Assembly (NCBI GenBank): GCA_965203565.1
Contig: OZ241896.1
Location: 1,685,728 to 1,749,727 of the forward strand
Length of the DNA stretch: 64,000 nt
Reading direction: 5' to 3'
Source of the DNA: Vicinamibacterales bacterium
GTDB lineage: Bacteria > Acidobacteriota > Vicinamibacteria > Vicinamibacterales > UBA8438
In this document: piece by piece, positions 48,247-57,316 of the stretch
How the letters are laid out: every line of letters begins with the position of its first letter
Position numbering within the stretch: the stretch's first letter is position 1
Made by a program: the position numbers and the translations under genes
Notes under the pieces: generated by a model
Databases searched by the model: none
What the model was told of the DNA's origin: nothing
Seen by the model: the letters and a program-made list of their open reading frames with translations, nothing else

Positions 48247-49707
48247 CAATACTGTTGCTTTAAGACTCACGCCTCCTGTATGCTGTCCCGAAAAGGCGGG
48301 AAACGCGGAGGGGTGGATGTCCCGAACACAAGCGGTTCTGCTTGGTGGTCCTCGGCTGTCGGACTATTTGAGCATCGGGGTGCTCGCGCAAGTGTACCCG
48401 ATCACGTCGGTGCGCGCGGCGTTGGCTTCGTGTGGTCGGGCAAGCGGTCGGCAGCGAGATCTGCCGGCCGAAGCGATGGTGTATTACGTCGTGGCTCTGG
48501 GGCTGTTCCGGTCGGTGTCGGCGCGGGAGGTGCTGCGCTGCTTGCTGGAGGGACTGCGTTGGGTGTCGTCGGACTCGGCGGCGTTGCGGGTGTCGGGAAA
48601 GTCGTCGATTTCGCGTGCGCGTGCGCGCTTGGGACCGGAACCGTTCGAGGCGTTGCGCGCGGTGCGGGTCAAGCCGCTGGCGGATCCGGCGACGCGCGGG
48701 GCGTGGTATCGCAACCGTCGCCTGGTAGCGTTCGACGGGTCGGCGTTGAACGTGCCGGACGAGGCGGGGAACCGGGAGACGTTCGGGGCGCCCGGGGCGT
48801 CACGGGGCCGTGCCGCTTTCCCGCAGGTGCGCTTGACGGCGCTGGTGGAGTTGGGGACGCGGGCGGCGTTCGCCTGGCGGGCGGGGGCGTATGGCGAGTC
48901 GGAGGAGACGCAGGTCGAGACGCTGCTGCCGTGGTTGTCGGCGGGGATGCTGGTGCTGGCGGACCGGGGCTATTGTGGCTTCCCACTCTGGCGGCGGGCG
49001 TCGGACACCGGCGCCGACCTGCTGTGGCGCATGAAGGCGAATCTGCGCCTGCCGGTACTGGAACGCTTCGCCGACGGTTCCTACCGGAGCATGCTCCGGG
49101 GCAGCGGACAGGATCGCCGGCGCAGTCGGGGCGTCTGCCCCGTGCGGGTCGTCGAGTACACGCTGGACGGCGCCAGCGGCGAGGTCTACCGCCTGGCCAC
49201 CACTCTGCTCGACCCGGCCGTTGCGCCGGCGGCCGAGATGGCCGCCCTGTACCATGAGCGTTGGGAAGTGGAAACTACCTATGATGAGGTCAAGACGCAC
49301 ATCCTGGGTCCCGGCGCCATCCTGCGCAGCAAGACGCCGGACCTGGTGCTGCAGGAAGTGCACGGTCTGATGCTGGCGCATTACGCGGTGCGGCGCCTGA
49401 TCTACAAGGCGGCCCGCAGGGTGGACGAGGACCCGGACCGTCTTTCGTTCGTCCACGCCGTGCGGGTCTTGCGCCGCCGTGTCGAGCACCCCGGCGTTTC
49501 CCCCCTCGGCGCATGAGCAGCTCCACGACCGCGTGCTGGAGGAGATTCTGGAAGAGCGAGCGGTCTCCAGTCGCGGTCAGAAGAAACCGCGCTGCGTCAA
49601 GCGGAAGATGAGCGGCTACCCGCTCCGCCGCCCTGGCCCGGTGTCCCGCCGCAAGTGGGACTGGACGCCGCACATTGTTGCACCAGAACGCTAAAGCAAC
49701 AGTATTG
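48247..49707 (+). mobile_element. IS4-family insertion sequence (complete, 1461 bp)
   Basis: TIR caatactgttgcttta / taaagcaacagtattg; 10-bp TSD cagctaaagc at 48237..48246 and 49708..49717. Confidence 0.95.
48317..49516 (+). CDS. IS4 family transposase
   Basis: SSISRARARLG, AFDGS, LADRGY, YHERWEVETTYDEVK (YREK motif). Confidence 0.93.
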   Translation: MSRTQAVLLGGPRLSDYLSIGVLAQVYPITSVRAALASCGRASGRQRDLPAEAMVYYVVALGLFRSVSAREVLRCLLEGLRWVSSDSAALRVSGKSSISRARARLGPEPFEALRAVRVKPLADPATRGAWYRNRRLVAFDGSALNVPDEAGNRETFGAPGASRGRAAFPQVRLTALVELGTRAAFAWRAGAYGESEETQVETLLPWLSAGMLVLADRGYCGFPLWRRASDTGADLLWRMKANLRLPVLERFADGSYRSMLRGSGQDRRRSRGVCPVRVVEYTLDGASGEVYRLATTLLDPAVAPAAEMAALYHERWEVETTYDEVKTHILGPGAILRSKTPDLVLQEVHGLMLAHYAVRRLIYKAARRVDEDPDRLSFVHAVRVLRRRVEHPGVSPLGA

Positions 49708-49996
49708 CAGCTAAAGCGGTCCGAGGGGCACGCTACGTTCCGGTCGGCAGATTGGACCAAGCGGGCGAAATGATCGTGTCAAGTACTTTCTGCAGAAAAA
49801 GCAGAAAATCGGGTGCGGGCGGCGCAATGCCCGCTCCATCGGCGTTCATGCACTGATGGGTGGAATTATTAAGGACACGGAAACTATCATGACAACGATG
49901 TAATAAAATGATATAATGATTGGTATGACGAAACGAGATGGTCGCGCCCTTGATCACAAAACACTTGAAGCTATTCGGATTCGAGCGGTCCTGCGC

Positions 49997-50080
49997 TGAG
50001 GTGGTCCCGGTTGTTTGGACAATTCGAGGGCTTCATTAAGGTGTATTCCGGTTGCGAATCATGCCCTCGTGTTCTTCGTC
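49997..50080. mobile_element. orphan IS3-family end
   Basis: tgaggtggtcccggttgtttggaca (TG...GGACA IR) interrupts the IS630 ORF after codon 24. Confidence 0.7.
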
Positions 50081-50166
50081 TGAGGTTGCCCCGATTCTGC
50101 GGACAGATTGACGCTTTCGGGTTCAGATCATGCCGTGGTTTTCCGTGGGAGTAAATCCACAATGAA

Positions 50167-50324
50167 GCGCTGTGGAACTGTGGGAATCTCGCGGCCTCGG
50201 CGCCGGCCCGATCGCCCGCGGTCGCCCGCGAGATTTCCAACGGACTGTGGGCGCCCGTGTCCCCGCTCTGCGGATGCAGCCCGTTGCGGACCGGGCGTCC
50301 ATAGGCCGGGCAGGTCCACAGCGC
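50167..50324 (-). ncRNA. putative structured RNA downstream of IS3 orfB
   Basis: Closing stem gcgctgtgga/tccacagcgc enclosing two long hairpins. Confidence 0.55.
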
Positions 50325-50416
50325 CCGGCGGCGATACGGGGCACGGCGCCGACAGGCGGGCGACCACGATGCCGGCGGAGCCGATGCGATGCGGCGCCTG
50401 TGCGCCATCATCGCCA

Positions 50417-51373
50417 TCATGCCCTCCCGGTGTTCCCCGCAGCAACGCCGGTGACGACGCCGGCCGGCGTCGGCGTGTCGGCCGCGAACCGGCTCGTGGG
50501 TGCGAGCGCCTTGCCGGACCGGTCCGCGGCCGCCGTCTCGTGGAGACGTTCGAAGGCGAGCGGCGAGAGGTAGCCCAGCGAGGAATGACGCCGCCGCGTG
50601 TTGTACCACCCTTCGATGAACGCGAACACGGCCGTCCGCGCCTCGGCGTGCGTCGCCCACCGCGTGCGGGCGAGCAACTCGCACTCGAGCGTCGCGAAGA
50701 AGCTCTCGGCCAGCGCGTTGTCGAAACAGTCGCCGACCGAACCCATCGATAGCTGCACGCCCCATCGCTGACAGCGGGCGCCGAAGGCCAGCGACGTGTA
50801 CTGGCAACCTGGATCGGAATGGTGGATCACCGCCGACGGCCGGCGCTGCTGCACGGCCATCTCCAGCGCCTCGGTCACCAGCGCCGTGCGCAGGTGCGCC
50901 GCCAGCGCCCAGCCCACGACCCGCCGGCTGAACACGTCCACGACGACGGCCAGGTAGAGCAAGCCGGCCTGTGTCGGAACGTAGGTGATGTCGGCGACCC
51001 ACAGACGGTTCGGCGCCACTGCCTCGAAACGGCGATCGACCCGGTCCGGGGCTGGCCGGACCCGCAGCGCTCGGCGCGTCGTTCGCGGCCCGCGGCGACG
51101 GCTCACGCCCGCAATGCCCGCCGAGCGCATCACCCGCGCCACCCGCTTGCGGCTCACTGCGGCTCCGGCGGCGGACAGTTCCGCGTGAATCCGGGGCGCG
51201 CCATACGTCCCGCGGCTGTGGACGTGAATCGCCCGCACGCGGGCCGTCAGATCCGCGTCGGCCTGCACGCGGGTGGACGGACGCCGCTGACGCCACGCAT
51301 AGTACCCGCTCGTGGAGACACCGAGCACGCGGGCCATGGTGGCGATGCGGAAGCGGGCCTGATGCGCACTCAT
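50417..51373 (-). CDS. IS3 family transposase OrfB (integrase core)
   Basis: TYGAPRI, LWVADITY, IHHSDPGCQY, DNALAESFFATLECE, WYNTRRRHSSLGYLSP. Confidence 0.95.
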   Translation of the reverse strand: MSAHQARFRIATMARVLGVSTSGYYAWRQRRPSTRVQADADLTARVRAIHVHSRGTYGAPRIHAELSAAGAAVSRKRVARVMRSAGIAGVSRRRGPRTTRRALRVRPAPDRVDRRFEAVAPNRLWVADITYVPTQAGLLYLAVVVDVFSRRVVGWALAAHLRTALVTEALEMAVQQRRPSAVIHHSDPGCQYTSLAFGARCQRWGVQLSMGSVGDCFDNALAESFFATLECELLARTRWATHAEARTAVFAFIEGWYNTRRRHSSLGYLSPLAFERLHETAAADRSGKALAPTSRFAADTPTPAGVVTGVAAGNTGRA

Positions 51374-51678
51374 GAACCGGTAGACCTCCCGGGTCCGGTC
51401 TCCCGTGCGAACCAGGCCGTGGCTTTTGCCAATATTTCCCGTTCTTCCCGCAGCCGACGGTTCTCCCGACGCAGCCGGCGCATCTCTTCACGCTCTTCGG
51501 TGCGCAGACCGTCGGTGCGCTCGCCGGCATCGCGGCCGGCCTGCGCCACCCAGTTCCGGATCGCCTGGGCCGACGGCTCGAACTCCCGAGCCAAGTCCTC
51601 CGGCGCACGCCCCGACCGGACCAGATCGACCATCTGCTTCCGGAACTCCGCCGCATACGGCGGTCTCGATTTCGCCAT
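51370..51678 (-). CDS. IS3 family transposase OrfA (HTH)
   Basis: PYAAEFRKQMVDLVRSG, LRRENRRLREEREILAKA; ATGA overlap with orfB. Confidence 0.93.
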   Translation of the reverse strand: MAKSRPPYAAEFRKQMVDLVRSGRAPEDLAREFEPSAQAIRNWVAQAGRDAGERTDGLRTEEREEMRRLRRENRRLREEREILAKATAWFARETGPGRSTGS

Positions 51679-52174
51679 CGCGAACACCTCCTCACTCCCA
51701 ACAGGATCAGGTGTCCGCAAAACCGGGTCAACTCCAGTCGGCGGTGAGTCCGCAAGGCGTGCTGCGGTTCATGGTGGTCGACGGGCGGATGACGGCGGGG
51801 CGATTCATCGAGTTTCTCAAGCGTCTGCTGCACAACCAGACCCGCCCGATCTACCTCATCGTCGATCAGCATGCCGCGCACCGGGCCCGGCTGGTCGATG
51901 CGTTCGTGCAGTCGACGCACGGCCGCCTGCGGCTGTTCTTCCTGCCGTCGTACTCTCCGGAACTGAATCCGGATGAATTGGTATGGAATCATCTGAAGAC
52001 GCATGGGACTCGCAAGCGCCTGCTGCAAACGCCGGCGGAGCTCAGGCGCTACGTCCTCAGCCACCTGCGTTCCTTGCAGCGCACCCCCGCCCGTGTGCGC
52101 GGGTTCTTTGGAAAGCCCAGCCTCCTCTATATAAGCTCCTAGTGTAATCAAACTAAGGGGTTCCTTAAAATATT

Positions 52175-53632
52175 TCACTCACCGTCGCCCCGCCCTCCGG
52201 CGATCCGCCGCCAGTCGCCGACGTCGGTGTGGAAGAGCGCCGCGGCGTCGCGGCCGGTGGCGAGGTTGTGTTCTATCGTCGTGGCGGCGGGCGGCGCGGC
52301 GGCGGCGGCGGCGTCCGTGCGCGGCGGGCGTTCGAACAGGACGCCGCCGAACGCCAGGTGGGCGGCGGCCAGCGTCAGCGCGAGGTTGAACGTCTGGCCG
52401 GCGAGGTAGAGCTGGATCGGCCGGCCGCCCGCCGTGTGGCGCGCCAAGTCGCGGAAGCTCGACTCGAGGCCGATGCTGACGAACGCCAGGCAGAAGAGCC
52501 AGCCGCGCACGTCGGACGTCAGGTCGAGGGTTGCGGCGACGCGCGCTGCGCCGAGCGTCGGCGTCAGGACGAACGAGAAGAGGAGCGACGCGGCGGCGAA
52601 GCCGATGACGAACTTCGGCAGGCGGCGCCAGATCTCGATCGCCTCCGGCTTCCGGCCGCCCGTCCGTTCGACCCTGGCGACCCAGAAGACCGCCACGAGG
52701 AACGCGATCAGGCCGATCAGCGTGTTCTGGATCATCTTCACCACGGCGGCGATCTGCTCCGCCTGCTCGCCGAGCAGGGCGCCGGCCGCGACGACGGCGC
52801 CGGTGGCGTCGACCGTGCCTCCGATCCAGGCGGCGCCGACCACCGGGTCGATGCCGGCGGCGCGGACGGCGAGCGGCATCACGATCATCATCGCCACCGT
52901 GAAGATCAGCGACATGCCGACCGCGAGCGTCAGCTCCTGCTTCCGGGCGCGCGTGGCCGCCGCCACCGCCATGGCGGCCGAGACGCCGCAGACGGAAGTG
53001 GCCGCCGCAATCACCATCACCAGCGGGCGGCTGCCTATCCGGAGCGTCCGGACCCCGAACCGGTACATGCAGACGAGGACGACGGGGGTGACCAGCCAGG
53101 CGACGAACAGTCCCGGCAGGCCGAGGCGCAGGACGTTGCCGAACAGGACTTCCGCCCCGAGCAGCACCAGTCCGGTCTTGACGTACAGCTCGCTGCGGAG
53201 CGCCGGCCGGAGCCACGCCGGCGTCCCGCCGGCGCCGGCCCGGCCGGTGTTGGCGATGACGAGTCCGATCAGGAGCGCCCAGAACGCGTACCCGACGCCG
53301 GCGGCGCGCACGCCCACCTGGTTGGCCAGCGTGTAGGCGGCGACGGCCAGCAGGAACAGCGGAACGAAGGCGGCGGCGTGGCGGCGGCCCTCGCCGGCGA
53401 TCGCCTGCGCGGCGAGCGCGCCGAGTCCCAGCAGGCCCAGCCCCAGTCCCAGGAGTCCCGGCGCGCGGCCGGCGAACGCCTCCGTCGGCAGGACCGACCA
53501 GCGTCCGACGCTCGGCACTGCGTCGATCAGCCCCGCCGCCGCGCCCGCCATGACCAGCCCGGCGAGCCAGACCGCCCACCAGTCCTCCGACGCGGCGAGC
53601 GGGCTGCGCTGCCTGGACGCGGCGGCGCTCAT
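52175..53632 (-). CDS. putative sulfate exporter family (YeiH/UPF0324) membrane protein
   Basis: SEDWWAVW, YVKTGLVLLG, ATSVCGVSAA, WIGGTVDATGAV, PKFVIGF, AFVSIGL. Confidence 0.9.
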   Translation of the reverse strand: MSAAASRQRSPLAASEDWWAVWLAGLVMAGAAAGLIDAVPSVGRWSVLPTEAFAGRAPGLLGLGLGLLGLGALAAQAIAGEGRRHAAAFVPLFLLAVAAYTLANQVGVRAAGVGYAFWALLIGLVIANTGRAGAGGTPAWLRPALRSELYVKTGLVLLGAEVLFGNVLRLGLPGLFVAWLVTPVVLVCMYRFGVRTLRIGSRPLVMVIAAATSVCGVSAAMAVAAATRARKQELTLAVGMSLIFTVAMMIVMPLAVRAAGIDPVVGAAWIGGTVDATGAVVAAGALLGEQAEQIAAVVKMIQNTLIGLIAFLVAVFWVARVERTGGRKPEAIEIWRRLPKFVIGFAAASLLFSFVLTPTLGAARVAATLDLTSDVRGWLFCLAFVSIGLESSFRDLARHTAGGRPIQLYLAGQTFNLALTLAAAHLAFGGVLFERPPRTDAAAAAAPPAATTIEHNLATGRDAAALFHTDVGDWRRIAGGRGDGE

Positions 53633-53781
53633 GGCGGGTCCAGCCAGCGGAAGAAGCCGGTCGCCGCGGCGGCGCCGGCAAGCCGGGCGGCGATGAACGC
53701 CGGCGCATCGGCCGGCGCGATGCCGGCGAAGGCGGCGGTGAAGGCGGCGGTGAAGGCGCGCCGCGGCGGGTCGGCGGTCAC
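53629..53781 (-). pseudogene. internally deleted MIP/aquaporin (AqpS-like) remnant, 50 aa
   Basis: GTG-TADPPRRAFTAAFTAAFAGIAPADAPAFIAARLAGAAAATGFFRWLDPP*; the stop overlaps the next ATG (ATGA). Confidence 0.55.
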
Positions 53782-53800
53782 GGCGCGCCCAGTCGGAGTT

Positions 53801-54607
53801 TCATCCGAGAGGCGCCTGCGCGGCGCCGACGATCGGGCCGCCGTCCGGCTCCTGCAGGAGCACCACGAGGCGGAGCTGTCCGCGGCGCCAGGCGGGGCTC
53901 ACGTGCACGCGGCCTTCTATCGGGTAGGCGTCGCGCGGCGGGCGGGGCAGGGCGCCGAGCCAGGTGAGGCTGCGGACCACGCCGGTGTGGGTCAGCGTCC
54001 GGGACGCGTTCTCGCCGCGGGTGACGTCGGTGGTGAGCGGGCCCTCGGTGACGGCGACCCAGACGTCGGGCGGCGCGCTGGTGGGAGGGACCGCCGTTGC
54101 GCGCCCTGTGACGCGCACCGTGTCGCCGCCGGCGGGCGCCGCTTCGATGGCGAGCGCCGCCTTCGGCGCCTTGCGCGCGTCGGCGACGGCGTCGTGCGCG
54201 GCGATCGACCGGCTGCCCACGAGCGCCGTCTGGCCGTCGACCACCATCATCGGCGTGTAGAGATGCCGCTCGCCGAGCGCTTCGACGTAGGCCCGCTGCC
54301 GGTCGTTGAACCGGCCGGACGAGAACGGGTCGCGCCAGCCCAGCCGGTTCCAGTAGTCGACGTGCTCGCTGAGCGGGATGATCAGGGCGCCCCGGACCGG
54401 CTGGTTGCGCTCGAGCGCCCGGAGCAGGTCGTCGGCCGGCGGACAGCTCGAGCAGCCCTGCGACGTGAACAGCTCGACGACGACCGGGGTCAGTGCGTCG
54501 CCGCCGCCGGCCGCCTGCGCCGCTTCGGTCGCGGCGGCCGGCGCAAGCCGCAAGGGGGCGGTCAGCGTCAGCGCGAGCAGCGGCCCGGCGGCGAGAACGG
54601 CGCGCAT
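53801..54607 (-). CDS. DUF1223 thioredoxin-like secreted protein
   Basis: VVELFTSQGCSSCPPAD, HVDYWNRLGWRDPFS, YTPMMVVDG, RGENA. Confidence 0.93.
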   Translation of the reverse strand: MRAVLAAGPLLALTLTAPLRLAPAAATEAAQAAGGGDALTPVVVELFTSQGCSSCPPADDLLRALERNQPVRGALIIPLSEHVDYWNRLGWRDPFSSGRFNDRQRAYVEALGERHLYTPMMVVDGQTALVGSRSIAAHDAVADARKAPKAALAIEAAPAGGDTVRVTGRATAVPPTSAPPDVWVAVTEGPLTTDVTRGENASRTLTHTGVVRSLTWLGALPRPPRDAYPIEGRVHVSPAWRRGQLRLVVLLQEPDGGPIVGAAQAPLG

Positions 54608-54676
54608 GACTTTCCGTTCCGATCCTATACTAGGGGCAGCCGAACGTTCCTTCCCTCTCAGACAGCGAGGAGCCAG

Positions 54677-55636
54677 ATGTCCAGACGGTCCATTGCGTGC
54701 GCGGTCCTGATCGCGTCGGCGTTGACGTTCACCGGTCCGGGCGCCGCCCGGGCCCAGTTGAGCGAGGCTGGAGTGCTGCTCGCCACGCTCGACAACGCGT
54801 ACCGGGTCGTTCCGAACGTGACGTACCACACGGCGAGCGGCGTCGACAACAAACTCGACCTGTACCTGCCCCGCAACGCCGACGCCGCCCCGCCGGTGCT
54901 GCTGCTGATCCACGGCGGCGGCTGGGTGATCGGCCAGAAGGAGACGTACACGATGCGGCTGCTCCCCTATCTGGAGATGGGGTTCGCCGTGGTCAACGTC
55001 GAGTACCGCCTGGCGAACGTCGCGCTGGCGCCGGCGGCGGTCGAGGACTGCCTGTGCGCGCTGCGGTGGATCGCGCAGAACGCCGAGGAGTACAACCTCG
55101 ACGCGTCGCGCGTCGTCGTCACCGGGATGTCCGCCGGCGGGCACCTGTCGCTGACGACCGGCATGATCCCGTCGTCGGCCGGCCTCGACCGGCAGTGCAT
55201 GGCGCGCGCCTTCTCGGGGCCCCGTCCCGCGGACCCGGCCACGGTGGTCGCCATCGTCAACTGGTACGGCATCACCGACGTGGTCGACATGCTGGACGGA
55301 CCGAACGCCAAGGGGTACGCCGTCGAGTGGCTCGGCAGCCTGCCGAACCGGGCGGAGGTGGCCTCCCGCGTTTCGCCGGTGAACTACGTGCGCGCCGGGT
55401 TGCCGCCGATCCTGACGATCCACGGCGACGACGATCCTATCGTCCCGTACCAGCACGCGGTCCGGCTGAAGGACCAGCTCGATGCGGCCGGCGCGCCGAA
55501 CGAGCTGCACACGGTGCCGGGCGGCGGCCACGGCAGTTTCACCGACGCCGAGACTATCGCGATCTACGAGAAGATCTTCGGCTTCCTCTCCCGGCACGGG
55601 GTCGGCGCGCGCCGGGCGACGAACCAGCAGGACTGA
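54677..55636 (+). CDS. secreted alpha/beta hydrolase (HGGG-type esterase)
   Basis: IHGGGW, GMSAGGHL, IHGDDDPIVP, GGGHG; GAGGAG SD. Confidence 0.92.
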   Translation: MSRRSIACAVLIASALTFTGPGAARAQLSEAGVLLATLDNAYRVVPNVTYHTASGVDNKLDLYLPRNADAAPPVLLLIHGGGWVIGQKETYTMRLLPYLEMGFAVVNVEYRLANVALAPAAVEDCLCALRWIAQNAEEYNLDASRVVVTGMSAGGHLSLTTGMIPSSAGLDRQCMARAFSGPRPADPATVVAIVNWYGITDVVDMLDGPNAKGYAVEWLGSLPNRAEVASRVSPVNYVRAGLPPILTIHGDDDPIVPYQHAVRLKDQLDAAGAPNELHTVPGGGHGSFTDAETIAIYEKIFGFLSRHGVGARRATNQQD

Positions 55637-55646
55637 TCGGGGCCGC

Positions 55647-57290
55647 ATGATCAGGCTGCGCGCGCCGCGGACGGCGCTGGCGTGCGCCGCGCTCGTCTGG
55701 GCGGCGGGGGGCGGCGCTGCGGCCCTCGCCGCCGGACAGGCCGCCGGCGGCGGCGCGGCCGACCCGGCGGCGCTCGACGCGGCGTTCGCCGCGTTCTGGG
55801 CGGCCGACTCGGACCGGGCGGCGGCGCGCGCCATCGCCGCCGTCCTGGCCGCCGGCCCGACCGCCGGCGAGGTCCGGGCGCGGCTCCGGGCCGGGCGCGA
55901 GCATCCGGCCGACGCGCCGACCGGCCGGCATCTGCGGAGCCGGCGCAACCGCGACGGCGTGCGGCACGACTACGTGCTGCGCGTCCCGCCCGCGTACGAC
56001 CCGCGCACGCCGATCCCGGTGCGGGTCTACCTGCACGGCGGCGTCATGCGCCCGCGGCCGGCCGACGGCGAGTGGTGGCGCAGCGAAGAGCGGTGGGTCC
56101 GCGACGACGCCATCGTGGTCGCGCCCGCGTCGTGGAGCGAATCGGTCTGGTGGCGGCGGAGCCAGATCGAGAATCTGGCCGGGCTGCTGGGCGACGTCAA
56201 GCGCGTCTACAACGTGGACGAGGACCGCGTCCACCTGCTGGGCGTCTCCGACGGGGCGACCGGCGCCTGGTACCACGCCTTCAAGGCCACGACTCCCTGG
56301 GCCGGCTTCCTCAGCTTCATCGGTCATCCGGCCGTGCTCGGCAACCCCCGGTCGGCGGTCGACGGCGAGATGCACGTGGTCAACCTGCGCGGCAAGCCGT
56401 TCTTCGTGGTGAACGGCGCGCGCGACCGCCTGTATCCCGCCGCCGTGATCGAGCCGTACGTCCGGCTGTTCGCCGAGGCGGGGGTCGCGATAGAGTTCCG
56501 CCCGCAGCCCGACGCCGGTCACGACCTGAGCTGGTGGGACCGGGAAGCGGCCCGCGTCGAGGCGTTCATCGCAGCCACCCCCCGCCGGCCGCTGCCCGAC
56601 CGGCTGACCTGGGAGACCGAGACCGCGCGCGAGTTCAACCGCGCGCACTGGCTCGTCATCGACGAGCTGGGGGCGGTGCGCGGGGAGAGCGCGCCGGAGG
56701 AGTTCGACCGGGTGACCGTGCCCGGGCCGCGCCGGCCGCTCGGCATCGACACGGTCGCCGAGCTGCCGGACGGGGCCGGTCTGAAGGTGGTCGAGGTCCG
56801 GCCCGGCTCGCTGGCGGACGAGGCCGGCGTCGCGGCCGAAGACGTCATCCTCGACCTGGGCGGCGTCCCCGCGCGGACCGCCGAGGCGGCGCGGCGGGTC
56901 CTTCTCGGCGTCCGGCCCGGCCGGAGCCTGCCGGTCACGGTGGAGCGCGCGGGCGCGCCGGTCCGGCTCGCCCTGCGGTTTCCGGCGTCGCAGCCGGGCG
57001 AGTCGCGGCCCGCGTTCCCCGGCGGCCGGACGTCCGGGCGGGTCGATCTCCGGCGGGAGGGCAACACGGTCGCCGCCTCGACGCGCGGCGTCCGCCGGTT
57101 CACGCTGCTGCTCTCGGAGGACCAGTTCGACCTGTCCCGGCCGGTCAGGGTGGTGGTCAACGGCGTCGTCGCCCACGACGCCGCGGCGCCCCCCGACGCG
57201 GCGACGCTGCTGCGCTGGGCCGCCGTCGACCAGGACCGGCGCCTGCTGTTCAGCGCCGAGCTGGCGATAGAGGCGCCGCCGGCGCGGTAG
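55647..57290 (+). CDS. secreted alpha/beta hydrolase (PHB depolymerase-like) with inserted PDZ domain
   Basis: VYLHGG, GVSDGA nucleophile elbow, NGARD, AGHD; PDZ LGID..LKVVEVRPGSLADEAGV..EDVI. Confidence 0.8.
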   Translation: MIRLRAPRTALACAALVWAAGGGAAALAAGQAAGGGAADPAALDAAFAAFWAADSDRAAARAIAAVLAAGPTAGEVRARLRAGREHPADAPTGRHLRSRRNRDGVRHDYVLRVPPAYDPRTPIPVRVYLHGGVMRPRPADGEWWRSEERWVRDDAIVVAPASWSESVWWRRSQIENLAGLLGDVKRVYNVDEDRVHLLGVSDGATGAWYHAFKATTPWAGFLSFIGHPAVLGNPRSAVDGEMHVVNLRGKPFFVVNGARDRLYPAAVIEPYVRLFAEAGVAIEFRPQPDAGHDLSWWDREAARVEAFIAATPRRPLPDRLTWETETAREFNRAHWLVIDELGAVRGESAPEEFDRVTVPGPRRPLGIDTVAELPDGAGLKVVEVRPGSLADEAGVAAEDVILDLGGVPARTAEAARRVLLGVRPGRSLPVTVERAGAPVRLALRFPASQPGESRPAFPGGRTSGRVDLRREGNTVAASTRGVRRFTLLLSEDQFDLSRPVRVVVNGVVAHDAAAPPDAATLLRWAAVDQDRRLLFSAELAIEAPPAR

Positions 57291-57316
57291 GCGGCCCCGC
57301 CGAACGGTTCCCCGCC

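Larger units (their letters stand above)
50081..51736 (-). mobile_element. IS3-family insertion sequence (complete, 1656 bp)
   Basis: IRs tgaggttgccccgattctgcggaca / tgtccgcaaaaccgggtcaactcca; 3-bp flanking repeat GTC. Confidence 0.92.
49867..52172 (+). mobile_element. IS630-family element, interrupted and internally deleted
   Basis: AT-rich ends ttaagga.../...tccttaa; N-terminus MTKRDGRALDHKTLEAIRIRAVLR (49925..49996); C-terminus SAVSPQG..IVDQHAAH..FLPSYSPELNPDELVWNHLK (51737..52142). Confidence 0.85.

Noticed and set aside
49971-52178. 735-aa ORF spanning the IS cluster
   Set aside because: Chance read-through of antisense IS630 and off-frame IS3 sequence; not a coherent protein
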